From: Setoptus koraiensis
Lineage: Eukaryota; Animalia; Arthropoda
Reading direction: 5' to 3'
NCBI GenBank assembly: GCA_048013815.1
Contig: CM106585.1
Coordinates: forward strand, 23,126,001 to 23,190,000
Length of the DNA stretch: 64,000 nt
Shown: positions 62,772 through 64,000 of the stretch, one piece after another
Layout of the letters: every line of letters begins with the position of its first letter
Numbering within the stretch: position 1 is the first letter of the stretch
Notes under the pieces: generated by a model
What the model was told of the DNA's origin: nothing
What the model saw: the letters and a program-made list of their open reading frames with translations, nothing else
Database searches by the model: none
Translations under genes and position numbers: made by a program

Positions 62772-64000
62772 GAGACCGTTAGTGGTGACCGTTACCAGCT
62801 AGCTGGTTGGTTGGGTAGTAGTTGTGTCATGTGTGTGTGTGAGTGTGAGTGTATGTCATGAAATTGAAAAATAACAACTAGCGAGCGGCTTCGTTTCACC
62901 GAGATTAGTCACAACACAGCGAGCCAGCGAGAGAAAGCAAACAAGCAGCAACCAGGTGAACCGCATTACATAACATAATCACAGTTAGATGTGACTGGTC
63001 GATCATCAAATGATCATTCTGTCTCGGGTACTCATTGTTCACTATAGTCATCACTTAATCATTTAAAATCATTATAAATATATATATATATCAACCTCGT
63101 CAACGTCATCAGCGTCGCCAAGACACCCAAGCGCCAAGAAGACCCATTGACAGCAAGACACAATCAACACCTTCGACTGATACCAGTTTCACAGAGCAAT
63201 TCATCAGCGATCAAACTAACGAATAAGAGGTAAAGTCTTTCTCGCAATCTGTCTCTTTCTTTTGTCTCAATTTCGTTATCAATTATCGGCTGTATCAATC
63301 AGAGAGTGACAATTAGAGATAAAGAGCGAGATGCCAATTAATCAATGAGCAGTGATCACGACAACTCGCTATTGTCTTGTGAGCCTGCAACAGTGTCTTT
63401 GTGGCCACATACAGATCCGCTAATTTATTTAAGTAGAAAAACTTTAAATGCGACAGAGAGCGAACAACAACAAAAAAATATAAATATAATTTTTAATTGT
63501 TACATAACGTTGCAAAGCATTGTGAAAGCATCATTGTGTGTCAGCCGCGAGGCCAATGATCTCATGATTTCAATGGTCCTGTCATTGATTTATCTTTCGC
63601 AGCTTTTTTTTTCATGCGACTCCCACTGAGAGCCCCAAACAACTAACAATACTGTTGCTTTCATCATCTTTGGCTTCGCTATATAATTGACAGCAATCAC
63701 AAGATCATGTTACATTTGTCGCTTGTCAACTAACCCACTAACCAGCACCAACTTGTTGCACAATTTTCTTTTATCAGGTTAGTATACCGATTGCTAAAAT
63801 ATTTTGACCAGACTCATACAGAGAAAGCGATAGAGAGAAAGTCTATAGTGAGTAAAGAGAGCGAATGAAGCAACAATTTCATCATAAATCAGCATAAATA
63901 AATATCACTGTCATCTGCTTGTGAGCAAATCTGAGTATGAACTAGTTAGTAGTTAACATAAAAATCCTCATTACATCTTGTGACTAACCGATTATAAACT

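Overview
Eukaryotic genomic DNA, not prokaryotic: no operons, CRISPR, rRNA or tRNA were seen. Chelicerate-type Dscam cassettes plus very intron-poor housekeeping genes point to a compact mite genome (eriophyoid-like; inference). Bases 1-27,000 are gene-dense: NOX5 (runs off the left edge), a small secreted protein, beta-spectrin, MSS4/RABIF, ASK1-type MAP3K, a divergent ACBP, exportin-7, UBC13, synaptogyrin and a FYB/ADAP-like hSH3 adaptor. Bases 27,000-64,000 are gene-sparse and microsatellite-rich: KLF15-like, two four-exon sDscam-beta-like Ig cassettes on the minus strand, and a chitin-binding peritrophin-A protein. The most notable observations are (1) two complete signal-peptide/Ig7/Ig8-type cassettes with no visible constant region, each followed by a candidate private 17-nt stop exon and carrying large low-complexity insertions inside the Ig fold; (2) a ~245-bp-arm inverted repeat with G:U-biased mismatches between the divergent XPO7 and UBC13 genes; (3) two in-frame cassette exons flanked by four UGCAUG (Rbfox) motifs in the only beta-spectrin intron; (4) a triplicated phospho-dependent SUMO motif in KLF15; (5) an ASK1 apparently lacking its SAM domain. 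All exon models were spliced by hand from GT/AG sites and reading frame; none is confirmed by expression data.
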